A stretch of 64,000 nt of DNA from Macrostomum hystrix (GCA_950097015.1 CATNEN010000025.1:1-64000), one strand, 5' to 3'. Positions 36,601 to 49,458 are shown, numbered from the stretch's first letter. Translations and numbers: made by a program. Notes: generated by a model not told the origin, from the sequence alone.

Positions 36601-39600
36601 GCCTCCGCAGCCTCTTCTTCTGGGGCCGTCAGTTGATTACTCACCCGAGTGCGGATATCGCTGCGGTGAGTCCTTCGCCTATGGGATACTATGGAAATTC
36701 CACGTGCATTCCCTGCAACATTTGATGCATCAGGTTTAAAGATCCAAAGCAGATTAACTTATAAATTCGCCATAAAGCACTTTAGAAGTGACTAGCTGCC
36801 TTCGCTACCCTCTGGGTAGCCTCACTGGAGTTCTTATCAGTTCGTTATCAAAACTGGCTCTGATGCAATCATTAAAATTGGCACTGGAGGCCTCACTGTG
36901 CACAAGCTGTAAACAAGAATGCATTAGAAAAGCCTATTTAAAACTGTTTTTCGAATATTTAATCCCCTTGGCAATGGAATTAAGCTTAATAAAATTACGT
37001 GTACCGATTCCGGCCCATTTGTGATCTTTTGGCGAAGGAATTTTGAAAATCGGTTGAGCCGTTCGGGAGCTAGTCGATTGCAAACAAACATACAAGCAAG
37101 CAAGCAAGCAAGATTTTCATTTTTAGTATATTAGACAAACATACAAACATACAAGATTTTCATTTTTAGTATATTAGATATAAGCCTTACTTTAGAAGTG
37201 ATATAAGCCTTACTTGAAAAAGCCTTAGAGTGTGACAGATTTCTTCAGCGCCGAATCTCGTCCCTAATTTCACAGCTGTCATCCTCACCTTACTGAAACC
37301 CCACCTCCAAATCTTGTCTAACTACCCCAGCAATCGCGCGCACACCATGGATTTAAATTGTTTACCCACCTGCCAGGGCTCTAAAGACGCATTAAAGAAG
37401 GAAGCCAGGAGTCCATGTGCTTCCATTCACACACAATTCTCTTGCATAAGAAGCGACTCCTTCCTTCTCTTGGTGGTAGGCAGCGGGGTTTGAGCTGAAG
37501 AAGAGGAATTGAGACAAGAGGATATTTTGAAAGACAGCCACCGCTCCCTGCTTGTGGGAACTTGTGGGAACTGCCCCCACATCCTACTAGCCCATTGGCA
37601 GCCCTGCCGATTTTGAGCCCGCTGTGAAAACGGGTTAGAAGGAAAGAAAAGAAAAAACACAAAAATAAAAAACTGCTGAAAAATCACTGCACATTTTCAG
37701 CTACTTCAGGTCCACTTCAGTTCGCCGCGTGTGTTTGTTGAAATTCAATGCCTGTACTGATTTTCTCATCCCTGATGTGTATGTGGGTTTCTAAGAAATC
37801 TAGTTTTATATTTTCTGTGAAAATTAGTGCGCTTTCTAAGAAACTATTTCCCGTTTGTATGCATAAAGAAACGACTGTAGTTGATTTTCAATCAAATTTC
37901 GCTGCCATTCACCAAATTATGTAACAGGTAAAAACTTCCCTATATTTTATATTTCAGTAAGTTTAGTTGAGCCTGTGTTAGTAGCGTCGTACTTCTGACG
38001 GAGGGGTCGGGAGTTCGAATCCTAGGTATTTCCCCAGGAGGGAAATAGCCTGGTGGTTGAAATTGGCTGTATCTATTTCCCGTCCGCTGACGTTAACTTT
38101 TTTCGTTTTTTTTAATCGGCTATTTAAATGAATAACTATGAGACACAACTGTCAAACAACTGTCAAATCTCCCACTGGGGGTCTATTTCGATATTTAAAA
38201 TCACCACCTGGCTCCCCTCAGTGTCAGAATTAATATAATCATTGATTGACAATGTTCTAATGAAAATGCCAAACTCCGGTTGAGTGTAAAATGACACACC
38301 TATCAACTGTCAGTCGTTGAGTTTCAATTATATTGCTAAAAGTTTCCTCGTTGACACCTGCCTGAGCTCATTGTTCTCACCCAGACAACAGCCTTGACAA
38401 CAGAGTCAAATTATTTTTTTCAAATGTAACAAAACAAAATGCGCTGCTACAAAGACAATGGAGATTTTCGAGTGGTTCCTAGAGCTTTGGAAACTTTAGA
38501 AATCTGGTCCGCCGAGTCGTCCGCCGAGTAGTTTGAGCACCCTAATTCAAGTTGCGCAATAATTAACCTCTAGCTAAACCCAGGTGCGCGGGTTTCTGTT
38601 TGAGTTTAGCCTCCAGGCAAGCCTACTCAATTGTGCTCTGCTCAAGTGGCTCATCATCTAGTGTGTCCCACTCTGCTCTGTTTGAGCATTCAGCTCACAA
38701 AAAGCGACCGCCAGCAAAAAATTGGAATTCTCTTGAGGTAATAAAACAGATATCTAGACGCCTGTTGCGTCACCGACTTTGGGAACCGCCCAGACACCAG
38801 CGGAGGTTGAGGTGGGGTGGCATTTTCGATGACTCGCACTCTGAAGTCTCCGGACCGCTGGCTAAGCAGAACGATGTGGAGTCGAATTTCAATATTAGTT
38901 GTTTCTCAGCTGACAGATAGATTGACTTCAGAAAGCGCTTAATCTCTCGATTATTGTTGGCTCGACCATCCGTTTGACTGCTTGAAAACTTTATTCGATC
39001 TCTAAAGTAATCAGACCACTCTCCAACCTTTCTCTCCTCTCCTCTACCTTATCTCACTTATATCTCCTCTCTTCACTCTCTCCTCTATTATCTCTCCACT
39101 CTTCTATCCTCTCCGCTCCTCTCTCTCTTATCTCTTCTCTTCTATCCACTCTTTTATCTCTCGTCTCTTCTCTCCTCTCTCCTTCCTTCTTCTCTTCTCT
39201 CTCATTTGCTTACTTTCTTTCATCCCAACTTTCGATTCGCTGAATTTAAATCCACAATTTCTTTCTGGCTCTGTCGCAGCCCTCTTTCTGTAATTTTCCT
39301 TTTAACATTTTCTGCTACCTTTACAAATTTCTGAGTCGCAATCTCAAAATCCCTTTCAGACTCGATGATGCGCCGGGACCAGCTCGTGGACAGCCACTAT
39401 CAGGTGCAGCTGCCGCTGAGCCCTCTAGACAGCGAGGGCACCGTCAGGCGGGTGGCCTTCACCGGAAGTGAGGTGAGGCCGCGCTTCTAGTCTACAAAAC
39501 ACCTGCCCGGCTGTTCCAAAGAACTAATTTCTATGTAGAAGAATGAAGGCTATAAAATGCTGCCAAGTCCTTTCATTTCCACCTGATTTCTGGCCCAGAC

Positions 39601-42600
39601 ACTAAATCAGAAGGCTCTTATTTTCATAGAAAAAATATGAAATTTGGGGAAAAATCCCCTATTTAGAATATTCCCAATTCCCCAGTTCCCCAGAATCTTC
39701 CCCAGTTCAGAAACTTACCCGATTCAGAATCTTCCCCGATTCAGAATCTTCCCGGATTCAGAATCTTTCCCGATTCAGAATCTTCCCCGATTCAGAATCT
39801 TCCCGGATTCAGAATCTTCCCGGATTCAGAATCTTCCCCGATTCAGAATCTTCCCCGATTCAGAATCTTCGCCGATTCAGAATCTTCACGGATTCAGAAT
39901 CTTCCCGGATTCAGAATCTTCCCCGATTCAGAATCTTCCCCGATTCAGAATCTTCCCCGATTCAGAATCTTCACGGATTCAGAATCTTCCCCAGTTCAGA
40001 AACTTACCCGATTCAGAATCTTCCCCGATTCAGAATCTTCCCGGATTCAGAATCTTTCCCGATTCAGAATCTTCCCCGATTCAGAATCTTCCCGGATTCA
40101 GAATCTTCCCGGATTCAGAATCTTCCTCGATTCAGAATCTTCCCGGATTCAGAATCTTCCTCGATTCAGAATCTTCCCGGATTCAGAATCTTCCTCGATT
40201 CAGAATCTTCACGGATTCAGAATCTTCCCCGATTCAGAATCTTCCCCAATTCGGAATCTTCCCCGATTCAGAATCTTCCCGGATTCAGAATCTTCCTCGA
40301 TTCAGAATCTTCACGGATTAAGAATCTTCCCCGATTCAGAATCTTCCCCCGATTCAGAATCTTCCACGATTCAGAATCTTCCCCGATTCAGAATATTCCC
40401 GGATTCAGAATCTTCCCGGATTCAGAACCTTCCCGGATTCAGAATCTTCCCCAATTCAGAATCTTCCCGGATTCAGAATCTTCCCCAATTCAGAATCTTC
40501 CCCGATTCAGAATCTTCCCCGATTCAGAATCTTCCCCAATTCAGAATCTTCCCCAATTCGGAATCTTCCCCAATTCATAATCTTCCCCGATTCAGAATCT
40601 TCCCCGATTAAGAATCTTCCCCAATTCAGAATCTTCCCCAATTCGGAATCTTCCCCAATTCATAATCTTCCCGGATTCAGAATCTTCCCCAATTCGGAAT
40701 CTTCCCCAATTCATAATCTTCCCGGATTCAGAATCTTCCCCCGATTCAGAATCATCCCCAATTCAGAATCTTCCCGGATTCAGAATCTTCCCGGATTCAG
40801 AATCTTCCCGGATTCAGAATCTTCCCCGATTCAGAATCTTCCCCGATTCAGAATCTTCCCCGATTCATAATCTTCCCCGATTCAGAATCTTCCCCGATTC
40901 AGAATCTTCCCGGATTCAGAATCTTCCCCGATTCAGAATCTTCCCCGATTCAGAATCTTCCCGGATTCAGAATCTTCCCCAATTCAGAATCTTTCCCAAT
41001 TCAGAATCTTCCCCAATTCAGAATCTTCCCCGATTCATAATCTTCCCGGATTCAGAATCTTCCTCGATTCAGAATCTTCCCGGATTCAGAATCTTCCCCG
41101 ATTCAGAATCTTCCCCGATTCAGAATCTTCCCCGATTCAGAATCTTCCCCAATTCAGAATCTTCACGGATTAAGAATCTTCCCCGATTCAGAATCTTCCC
41201 CCGATTCAGAATCTTCCACGATTCAGAATCTTCCCCGATTCAGAATATTCCCGGATTCAGAATCTTCCCGGATTCAGAACCTTCCCGGATTCAGAATCTT
41301 CCCCAATTCAGAATCTTCCCGGATTCAGAATCTTCCCCAATTCAGAATCTTCCCCGATTCAGAATCTTCCCCGATTCAGAATCTTCCCCAATTCAGAATC
41401 TTCCCCAATTCGGAATCTTCCCCAATTCATAATCTTCCCCGATTCAGAATCTTCCCCGATTAAGAATCTTCCCCAATTCAGAATCTTCCCCAATTCGGAA
41501 TCTTCCCCAATTCATAATCTTCCCGGATTCAGAATCTTCCCCAATTCGGAATCTTCCCCAATTCATAATCTTCCCGGATTCAGAATCTTCCCCCGATTCA
41601 GAATCATCCCCAATTCAGAATCTTCCCGGATTCAGAATCTTCCCGGATTCAGAATCTTCCCGGATTCAGAATCTTCCCCGATTCAGAATCTTCCCCGATT
41701 CAGAATCTTCCCCGATTCATAATCTTCCCCGATTCAGAATCTTCCCCGATTCAGAATCTTCCCGGATTCAGAATCTTCCCCGATTCAGAATCTTCCCCGA
41801 TTCAGAATCTTCCCGGATTCAGAATCTTCCCCAATTCAGAATCTTTCCCAATTCAGAATCTTCCCCAATTCAGAATCTTCCCCGATTCATAATCTTCCCG
41901 GATTCAGAATCTTCCTCGATTCAGAATCTTCCCGGATTCAGAATCTTCCCCGATTCAGAATCTTCCCCGATTCAGAATCTTCCCCGATTCAGAATCTTCC
42001 CCAATTCAGAATCTTCCCCGATTCAGAATCTTCCCCGATTCAGAATCTTCCCCGATTCAGAATCTTCCCGGATTCAGAATCTTCCCCGATTCAGAATCTT
42101 CCCCGATTCATAATCTTCCCGGATTCAGAATCTTCCCCAATTCAGAATCTTCCCGGATTCAGAATCTTCCCCGATTCGGAATCTTCCCCGATTCAGAATC
42201 TTCCCCGACTCAGAATCTTCCCGGATTCAGAATCTTCCTCGATTCAGAATCTTCCCCGATTCATAATCTTCCCGGATTCAGAATCTTCCCTGATTCAGAA
42301 TCTTCCCTGATTCAGAATCTTCCCCGATTCAGAATCTTCCCGGATTCAGAATCTTCCCGGATTCAGAATCTTCCCTGATTCAGAATCTTCCCTGATTCAG
42401 AATCTTCCCCGATTCAGAATCTTCCCGGATTCAGAATCTTCCCCGATTCAGAATCTTCCCGGATTCAGAATCTTCCCGGATTCAGAATCTTCCTCGATTC
42501 AGAATCTTCCCGGATTCAGAATCTTCCTCGATTCAGAATCTTCTCGGATTCAGAATCTTCCTCGATTCAGAATCTTCACGGATTCAGAATCTTCCCCGAT

Positions 42601-45600
42601 TCAGAATCTTCCCCAATTCGGAATCTTCCCCGATTCAGAATCTTCCCGGATTCAGAATCTTCCTCGATTCAGAATCTTCACGGATTAAGAATCTTCCCCG
42701 ATTCAGAATCTTCCCCCGATTCAGAATCTTCCACGATTCAGAATCTTCCCCGATTCAGAATATTCCCGGATTCAGAATCTTCCCGGATTCAGAACCTTCC
42801 CGGATTCAGAATCTTCCCCAATTCAGAATCTTCCCGGATTCAGAATCTTCCCCAATTCAGAATCTTCCCCGATTCAGAATCTTCCCCGATTCAGAATCTT
42901 CCCCAATTCAGAATCTTCCCCAATTCGGAATCTTCCCCAATTCATAATCTTCCCCGATTCAGAATCTTCCCCGATTAAGAATCTTCCCCAATTCAGAATC
43001 TTCCCCAATTCGGAATCTTCCCCAATTCATAATCTTCCCGGATTCAGAATCTTCCCCAATTCGGAATCTTCCCCAATTCATAATCTTCCCGGATTCAGAA
43101 TCTTCCCCCGATTCAGAATCATCCCCAATTCAGAATCTTCCCGGATTCAGAATCTTCCCGGATTCAGAATCTTCCCGGATTCAGAATCTTCCCCGATTCA
43201 GAATCTTCCCCGATTCAGAATCTTCCCCGATTCATAATCTTCCCCGATTCAGAATCTTCCCCGATTCAGAATCTTCCCGGATTCAGAATCTTCCCCGATT
43301 CAGAATCTTCCCCGATTCAGAATCTTCCCGGATTCAGAATCTTCCCCAATTCAGAATCTTTCCCAATTCAGAATCTTCCCCAATTCAGAATCTTCCCCGA
43401 TTCATAATCTTCCCGGATTCAGAATCTTCCTCGATTCAGAATCTTCCCGGATTCAGAATCTTCCCCGATTCAGAATCTTCCCCGATTCAGAATCTTCCCC
43501 GATTCAGAATCTTCCCCAATTCAGAATCTTCCCCGATTCAGAATCTTCCCCGATTCAGAATCTTCCCCGATTCAGAATCTTCCCGGATTCAGAATCTTCC
43601 CCGATTCAGAATCTTCCCCGATTCATAATCTTCCCGGATTCAGAATCTTCCCCAATTCAGAATCTTCCCGGATTCAGAATCTTCCCCGATTCGGAATCTT
43701 CCCCGATTCAGAATCTTCCCCGACTCAGAATCTTCCCGGATTCAGAATCTTCCTCGATTCAGAATCTTCCCCGATTCATAATCTTCCCGGATTCAGAATC
43801 TTCCCTGATTCAGAATCTTCCCTGATTCAGAATCTTCCCCGATTCAGAATCTTCCCGGATTCAGAATCTTCCCGGATTCAGAATCTTCCCTGATTCAGAA
43901 TCTTCCCTGATTCAGAATCTTCCCCGATTCAGAATCTTCCCGGATTCAGAATCTTCCCCGATTCAGAATCTTCCCGGATTCAGAATCTTCCCGGATTCAG
44001 AATCTTCCTCGATTCAGAATCTTCCCGGATTCAGAATCTTCCTCGATTCAGAATCTTCCCGGATTCAGAATCTTCCTCGATTCAGAATCTTCACGGATTC
44101 AGAATCTTCCCCGATTCAGAATCTTCCCCAATTCGGAATCTTCCCCGATTCAGAATCTTCCCGGATTCAGAATCTTCCTCGATTCAGAATCTTCACGGAT
44201 TAAGAATCTTCCCCGATTCAGAATCTTCCCCCGATTCAGAATCTTCCACGATTCAGAATCTTCCCCGATTCAGAATATTCCCGGATTCAGAATCTTCCCG
44301 GATTCAGAACCTTCCCGGATTCAGAATCTTCCCCAATTCAGAATCTTCCCGGATTCAGAATCTTCCCCAATTCAGAATCTTCCCCGATTCAGAATCTTCC
44401 CCGATTCAGAATCTTCCCCAATTCAGAATCTTCCCCAATTCGGAATCTTCCCCAATTCATAATCTTCCCCGATTCAGAATCTTCCCCGATTAAGAATCTT
44501 CCCCAATTCAGAATCTTCCCCAATTCGGAATCTTCCCCAATTCATAATCTTCCCGGATTCAGAATCTTCCCCAATTCGGAATCTTCCCCAATTCATAATC
44601 TTCCCGGATTCAGAATCTTCCCCCGATTCAGAATCTTCCCCAATTCAGAATCTTCCCGGATTCAGAATCTTCCCGGATTCAGAATCTTCCCGGATTCAGA
44701 ATCTTCCCCGATTCAGAATCTTCCCCGATTCAGAATCTTCCCCGATTCATAATCTTCCCCGATTCAGAATCTTCCCCGATTCAGAATCTTCCCGGATTCA
44801 GAATCTTCCCCGATTCAGAATCTTCCCCGATTCAGAATCTTCCCGGATTCAGAATCTTCCCCAATTCAGAATCTTTCCCAATTCAGAATCTTCCCCAATT
44901 CAGAATCTTCCCCGATTCATAATCTTCCCGGATTCAGAATCTTCCTCGATTCAGAATCTTCCCGGATTCAGAATCTTCCCCGATTCAGAATCTTCCCCGA
45001 TTCAGAATCTTCCCCGATTCAGAATCTTCCCCAATTCAGAATCTTCCCCGATTCAGAATCTTCCCCGATTCAGAATCTTCCCCGATTCAGAATCTTCCCG
45101 GATTCAGAATCTTCCCCGATTCAGAATCTTCCCCGATTCATAATCTTCCCGGATTCAGAATCTTCCCCAATTCAGAATCTTCCCGGATTCAGAATCTTCC
45201 CCGATTCGGAATCTTCCCCGATTCAGAATCTTCCCCGACTCAGAATCTTCCCGGATTCAGAATCTTCCTCGATTCAGAATCTTCCCCGATTCATAATCTT
45301 CCCGGATTCAGAATCTTCCCTGATTCAGAATCTTCCCTGATTCAGAATCTTCCCCGATTCAGAATCTTCCCGGATTCAGAATCTTCCCGGATTCAGAATC
45401 TTCCCTGATTCAGAATCTTCCCTGATTCAGAATCTTCCCCGATTCAGAATCTTCCCGGATTCAGAATCTTCCTCGATTCAGAATCTTCCCCGATTCAGAA
45501 TCTTCCACGATTCAGAATCTTCCCCGATTCAGAATCTTCCCCGATTCAGAATCTTCCCCGATTCAGAATCTTCCCGGATTCAGAATCTTCCCCGATTCAG

Positions 45601-48600
45601 AATCTTCCCCAATTCAGAATCTTCCCCAATTCGGAATCTTCCCCGATTCAGAATCTTCCCAGATTCAGAATCTTCCCCAGTTCAGAATATTCCCGAATTC
45701 AGAATCTTCCCTAATTCGGAATCTTCCCCGATTCAGAATCTTCCCGGATTCAGAATCTTCCTCGATTCAGAATCTTCCTCGATTCAGAATCTTCCTCGAT
45801 TCATAATCTTCCCGGATTCAGAATCTTCCCCGATTCAGAATCTTCCTCGATTCAGAATCTTCCCCGATTCAGAATCTTCCTCGATTCAGAATCTTCCCCG
45901 ATTCAGAATCTTCCCAGTCCTCTTTCAAATTCAAAATCAGCACAATCTGGAATTCTCGATGCCAGTGTTGAGTGTTGAATCGTGTTTTAGCAAAGCGGGA
46001 TTCCTTTCAAACGCAAAATTTGCAGCGAAACGACACAACAGTCAAGTTTATCTGGGATGAGTCAGCATCTTCTAAAGACGCGAAAACTCCCAAATCTTTG
46101 CTTTGACATCAAAGAAGCCTGACATCCTCACTACACAGGAGGCTGAAACTACGCTTCCTAATTAGTAAATCACTGCGATCCTCTACTCCTTAGAGTGTGT
46201 CTTCCGCTGAACTTGCTGTTTCAATTCCTTCTTTGATTTCTCGGCCTTTCCACTGTTGCCGCTTATAGATCTGCTCGAAGTGTTGGTGAGCAATTCTCCA
46301 CCCTCATGACGGTCGTTGCTTATGGATCCGCGAGCTAATCGTGTGTGTGATAAGAGGAAGTGATGGAAATAAAAAGTTAATGTAGGACTCGTGAGACGAA
46401 TTTCTTATTTTATAAGTTCTACTTATCTTTATCTTCCATTAAAATCCCCCATTATCCACACTGTCATCCCATTCTATTCATGTTCACCTTTCACTTTTCT
46501 CTTTCTCTCTCTCCACCTTCGCAAAGTCCCAAATCCTTACATATCCTCTCTTCCTGTATGTCCGTTGATCTCTCCCTTCCACTCTTTCCCTATATCTCTC
46601 TCCCTTCCCCTCTGTCCCTAGATCTGTCTCTTCCCCTCTGTCCCTAGATCTATCCCTTCCCCTCTGTCCCTAGATCTCTCCCTTCCCCTCTGTCCCTAGA
46701 TCTTTCCCTTCCCCTCTGTCCCTAGATCTTTCCCTTCCCCTCTGTCCATAGATCTCTCCCTTCCACCCTGTCCCTAGATCTCTCCCTTCCCCTCTGTCCC
46801 TAGATCTTTCCCTTCCCCTCTGTCCATAGATCTCTCCCTTCCCCTCTGTCCCTAGATCTCTCCCTTCCCCTCTGTCCCTAGATCTTTCCCTTCCCCTCTG
46901 TCCCTAGATCTCTCCCTTCGCCTCTGTCCCTAGATCTCTCCCTTCCCATCTGTCCATAGATCTCTCCCTTCCCCTCTGTCCCTAGATCTCTCCCTTCCCC
47001 TCTGTCCATAGATCTCTCCCTTCCCATCTGTCCCTAGATCTCTCCCTTCCCCTCTGTCCCTAGATCTCTCCCTTCCCCTCTGTCCCTAGATCTCTCCCTT
47101 CCCCTCTGTCCCTAGATCTCTCCCTTCCTCTTTGTCCCTAGATTTCTCCCTTCCCCTCTGTCCCTAGATCTTTCCCTTCCCCACTGTCCTTAGATCTATC
47201 TTCCTTTCCCTAGGAAGGAAGAGACTTCCCCCTTTTAAAGTTCTCTTCAAAACTCCCGTTGTATTCTATTGGCCATTATTGTGTTTTTCTTACACTTTTT
47301 TGCAATATTTTTAAGAAACTCAACATCTCGGAGCACGAAATTCCCAGGTGGCCATCGTGTCTTGTATTCTCGTAGAAGCAAAATTTTCAAAATTTTAGTT
47401 TGAGTAAAATTCATAGATTTACTTTTAGCCAGCCACTGATTAGAGCACTCTATGGGATTAAGGGGGCCGCGCTCAGGGCTAGGAGAAACTGAAATGAGAA
47501 GAACACTCGGCAGGTAGCTGGTTGAGGGGGCTAAATAGGCAGCGGAAACGAAAGCAGAAGAGATGAGATGATTAAGTCAGTGGGGAAAGTGAACTGATTA
47601 AGTAAGCTCTCAGGTGAATATGTCCTCAGGATGGCTTTAATCCGTTAACACTCTCCACACCTTCTTAATTAGCGTAATCCACATTGCCTTACAACCGAAT
47701 ATTCGATTCCATCCCACATGACAGGGAAAAATCCTATTAGATGACGCTGAGAGTTTGGACAGCGGCAAAGGCTGCAGCAGCGACAATGGCAGCCGGTCCA
47801 TGAAGGCTGCTAAAGGTAAGTGTGCAGAATAGTTATTATTGCAGGAGGGCTGCGGGCAATGGCACATCAATTGACTCACAGCCAGCGATGAGGCAATTCT
47901 GCCCATTTCCACTGACTCCTGAGCACACACACACACACAGATACTGTTGCTCACACAGGTGTGTACATCTGCCCTGACTTTCTCATCGTCAGGCAGTGTG
48001 CACTTTCACTGTGCCTTGGAGATTGGCCCTCAAGTGCGTAAATTGCACGACAAGCCCCAAGCCTTCTCTCCGCGGCTTCAAATTCTCGCCTCGGAATCGA
48101 GCTCAGGGACCTTGGTGCGAGAGTCAAACGCGTTAGACCGCTCTGCCACTCACCACCCTACTCGGTAGGGATAAAATCCTATAAAAAGTTCATATTCAGT
48201 GAATTTCCATAAAGCATTGCTGCTTACTTCATAAAGTCTCCACTTAAGGACAAAGTGCCTACAAAATTGTTCTAATTATTGTCGGTTCTCATCTTGTGTG
48301 TTATTACATATTCTCCTATGTTAGAGAAATAAATTTGTCTAGAAACGAGACAAACCGTCCTATTGCTATGAGCGGAGTCAAACGGGGCCTCAAATTACAC
48401 CTACAGGAACAGGAGAGAGATTTGGAAAATATGAGAATGAATAAACTCGTTTGTACTTTTGTTTCCCTTCCGTTTGTTGCTAAGCTGTGTGTGTGTGAAG
48501 TTTATTGCTAAAAAGATTTCCCCTATAACACAGCAACCGAAGATGCAGCGGTTAAATGTATTTGGTATCGTAATGAATATAGATCGTTTGTGATCGTTTG

Positions 48601-49458
48601 TTTCGTTTTGAAGAGAGGTAAAATTTAAGTTTGGCAACAATATTATTCATATAAACGGGGCTACGGACATGCTGCGGCCCGCAGTCAGCAAGACTGCAAT
48701 CCTGCCCATTCCGCTGACTCCTGAGCACACGCACGCACACACGGGTGTTCATCCTGCAGTGTACACTCTCTCTGCCCCTTGATGGTTGGCCCTATAAGTC
48801 AAATCAGACTTTCAATCAATTTTAAAGACGAAAAGTTTAGATTTTTTGTTTAATTACAAGCCCTACTTGTGCTAATCAAAGTGAATTTTAAAATCGAACC
48901 ACTAGCTGACTTCCACGCCACCCTGGGTATCGACGCGAAGCACCTGCGACCTGTGCAGCACCATCATTATCAGCAGCTGCCGCCGCTGCCAGCGCCGCCG
49001 CTCAACCAGCCAATGATGAGCACATTCAGGTACAGCGCTTCGCACGACTCAGCTGCACCAACAATGATGACTCATCAGCAGTTTCTGGACAGGTGAGCAA
49101 AGCAGCTGTGGTTTTTTGTACTCTCGTCAAGGGCGGGTCTCTAATGAGTTTTGACTGCTCGCACAAACTCCCGCTTGTCTTCTTTCTGAGCAGGTCTACA
49201 ACAGCTGGCCAGCCAACTGTGCACTTTCAGCAGCACTCGCGCGACTCTTCGTCCTCGTCGGGTGCCACCACGGCCCGACGTCCGGGCGCCGTTGTGACAT
49301 TCAGCGCCGGCGTCGGCGGCAGTGGAGGCGGCGGCTGCGCTGGTAGCCTCCGGGTGCTGCCGGGAAATGGTCGGCCGACCACGCCATCGACGTCCATCGC
49401 CGCTACGAGCGACACAAGCGGAAGGTCATCGCGAAATCATGGCAGTAGCTTCGTCTAG
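33605..49458 (+). CDS. Delta-1-like protocadherin, 1126 aa; join(33605-35695, 36011-36665, 39360-39467, 47741-47815, 48906-49092, 49194-49458)
   Basis: Signal peptide and 7 EC repeats (six DxNDN/DVNDC linkers plus EC7; LDRE/DRE motifs; EC1 DREALC...CC...C). TM segment NLVIIVAMVTVTLAVSLVLIGAIFCL. Tail motifs RRVAF and ESLDSGKG; ends SSFV*. All five introns are GT-AG with compatible phases (0,1,1,1,2). Total 3381 nt = 1127 codons. Confidence 0.88.
36792..37178 (-). mobile_element. Non-autonomous Helitron, 387 bp, in protocadherin intron 2
   Basis: The minus strand starts A|TCTAATATACTAAAAATG (37178) and ends ...CTAG|T (36792). There is a perfect 7-bp GCTACCC/GGGTAGC hairpin (36804-36820) 8 nt before CTAG, an internal (CAAG)n/(ACAA)n microsatellite, and no TSD. 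Confidence 0.82.
39020..39200. repeat. CT-rich low-complexity tract
   Basis: Direct inspection. Confidence 0.75.
39360..39467 (+). CDS. Protocadherin coding exon 3 (DSMMRRDQLVDSHYQVQLPLSPLDSEGTVRRVAFTG)
   Basis: Acceptor ccctttcAG at 39358-39359; donor GGAA|GTgagg at 39468. RRVAF at 39446-39460 matches the delta-1 RRVTF motif. Not in the ORF track. Confidence 0.8.
39680..45917. repeat. 17-bp satellite (GATTCAGAATCTTCCCC), ~365 copies, with 1515-bp and 852-bp higher-order periods; in protocadherin intron 3
   Basis: Rare variants recur at fixed offsets: GAATATT at 40391, 41243, 42758 and 44273; TTCCCCGACT at 42201, 43716 and 45231. Confidence 0.97.
46600..47200. repeat. 26-bp minisatellite (TCTCCCTTCCCCTCTGTCCCTAGATC), ~22 copies
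   Basis: Direct inspection. Confidence 0.94.
47741..47815 (+). CDS. Protocadherin coding exon 4, 75 nt, phase 1-1 (NDAESLDSGKGCSSDNGSRSMKAAK)
   Basis: Acceptor cctattAG at 47739-47740; consensus donor AAG|GTAAGT at 47816. Encodes a DSGxG motif like protocadherin CM1. Not in the ORF track. Confidence 0.78.
47830..48158 (-). mobile_element. SINE family A copy, near full length, tail ~15 nt downstream of the exon-4 donor
   Basis: The reverse complement reads GAGTGGCAGAGCGGTCTAACGCG (A box) ... GAGCTCGATTCC (B-box-like), then the shared body and a TTA-rich tail. Confidence 0.8.
48640..48792 (-). mobile_element. Fragment of SINE family A
   Basis: GCAATCCTGCCCATTCCGCTGACTCCTGAGCACAC...CAGTGTACACTCTC matches the family body. 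Confidence 0.65.

Noticed and set aside
39644-40321. 225-aa ORF (IQNLPRFRIFPDSESSP repeats)
   Set aside because: By-product of the 17-bp satellite; all three frames give rotations of the same peptide.
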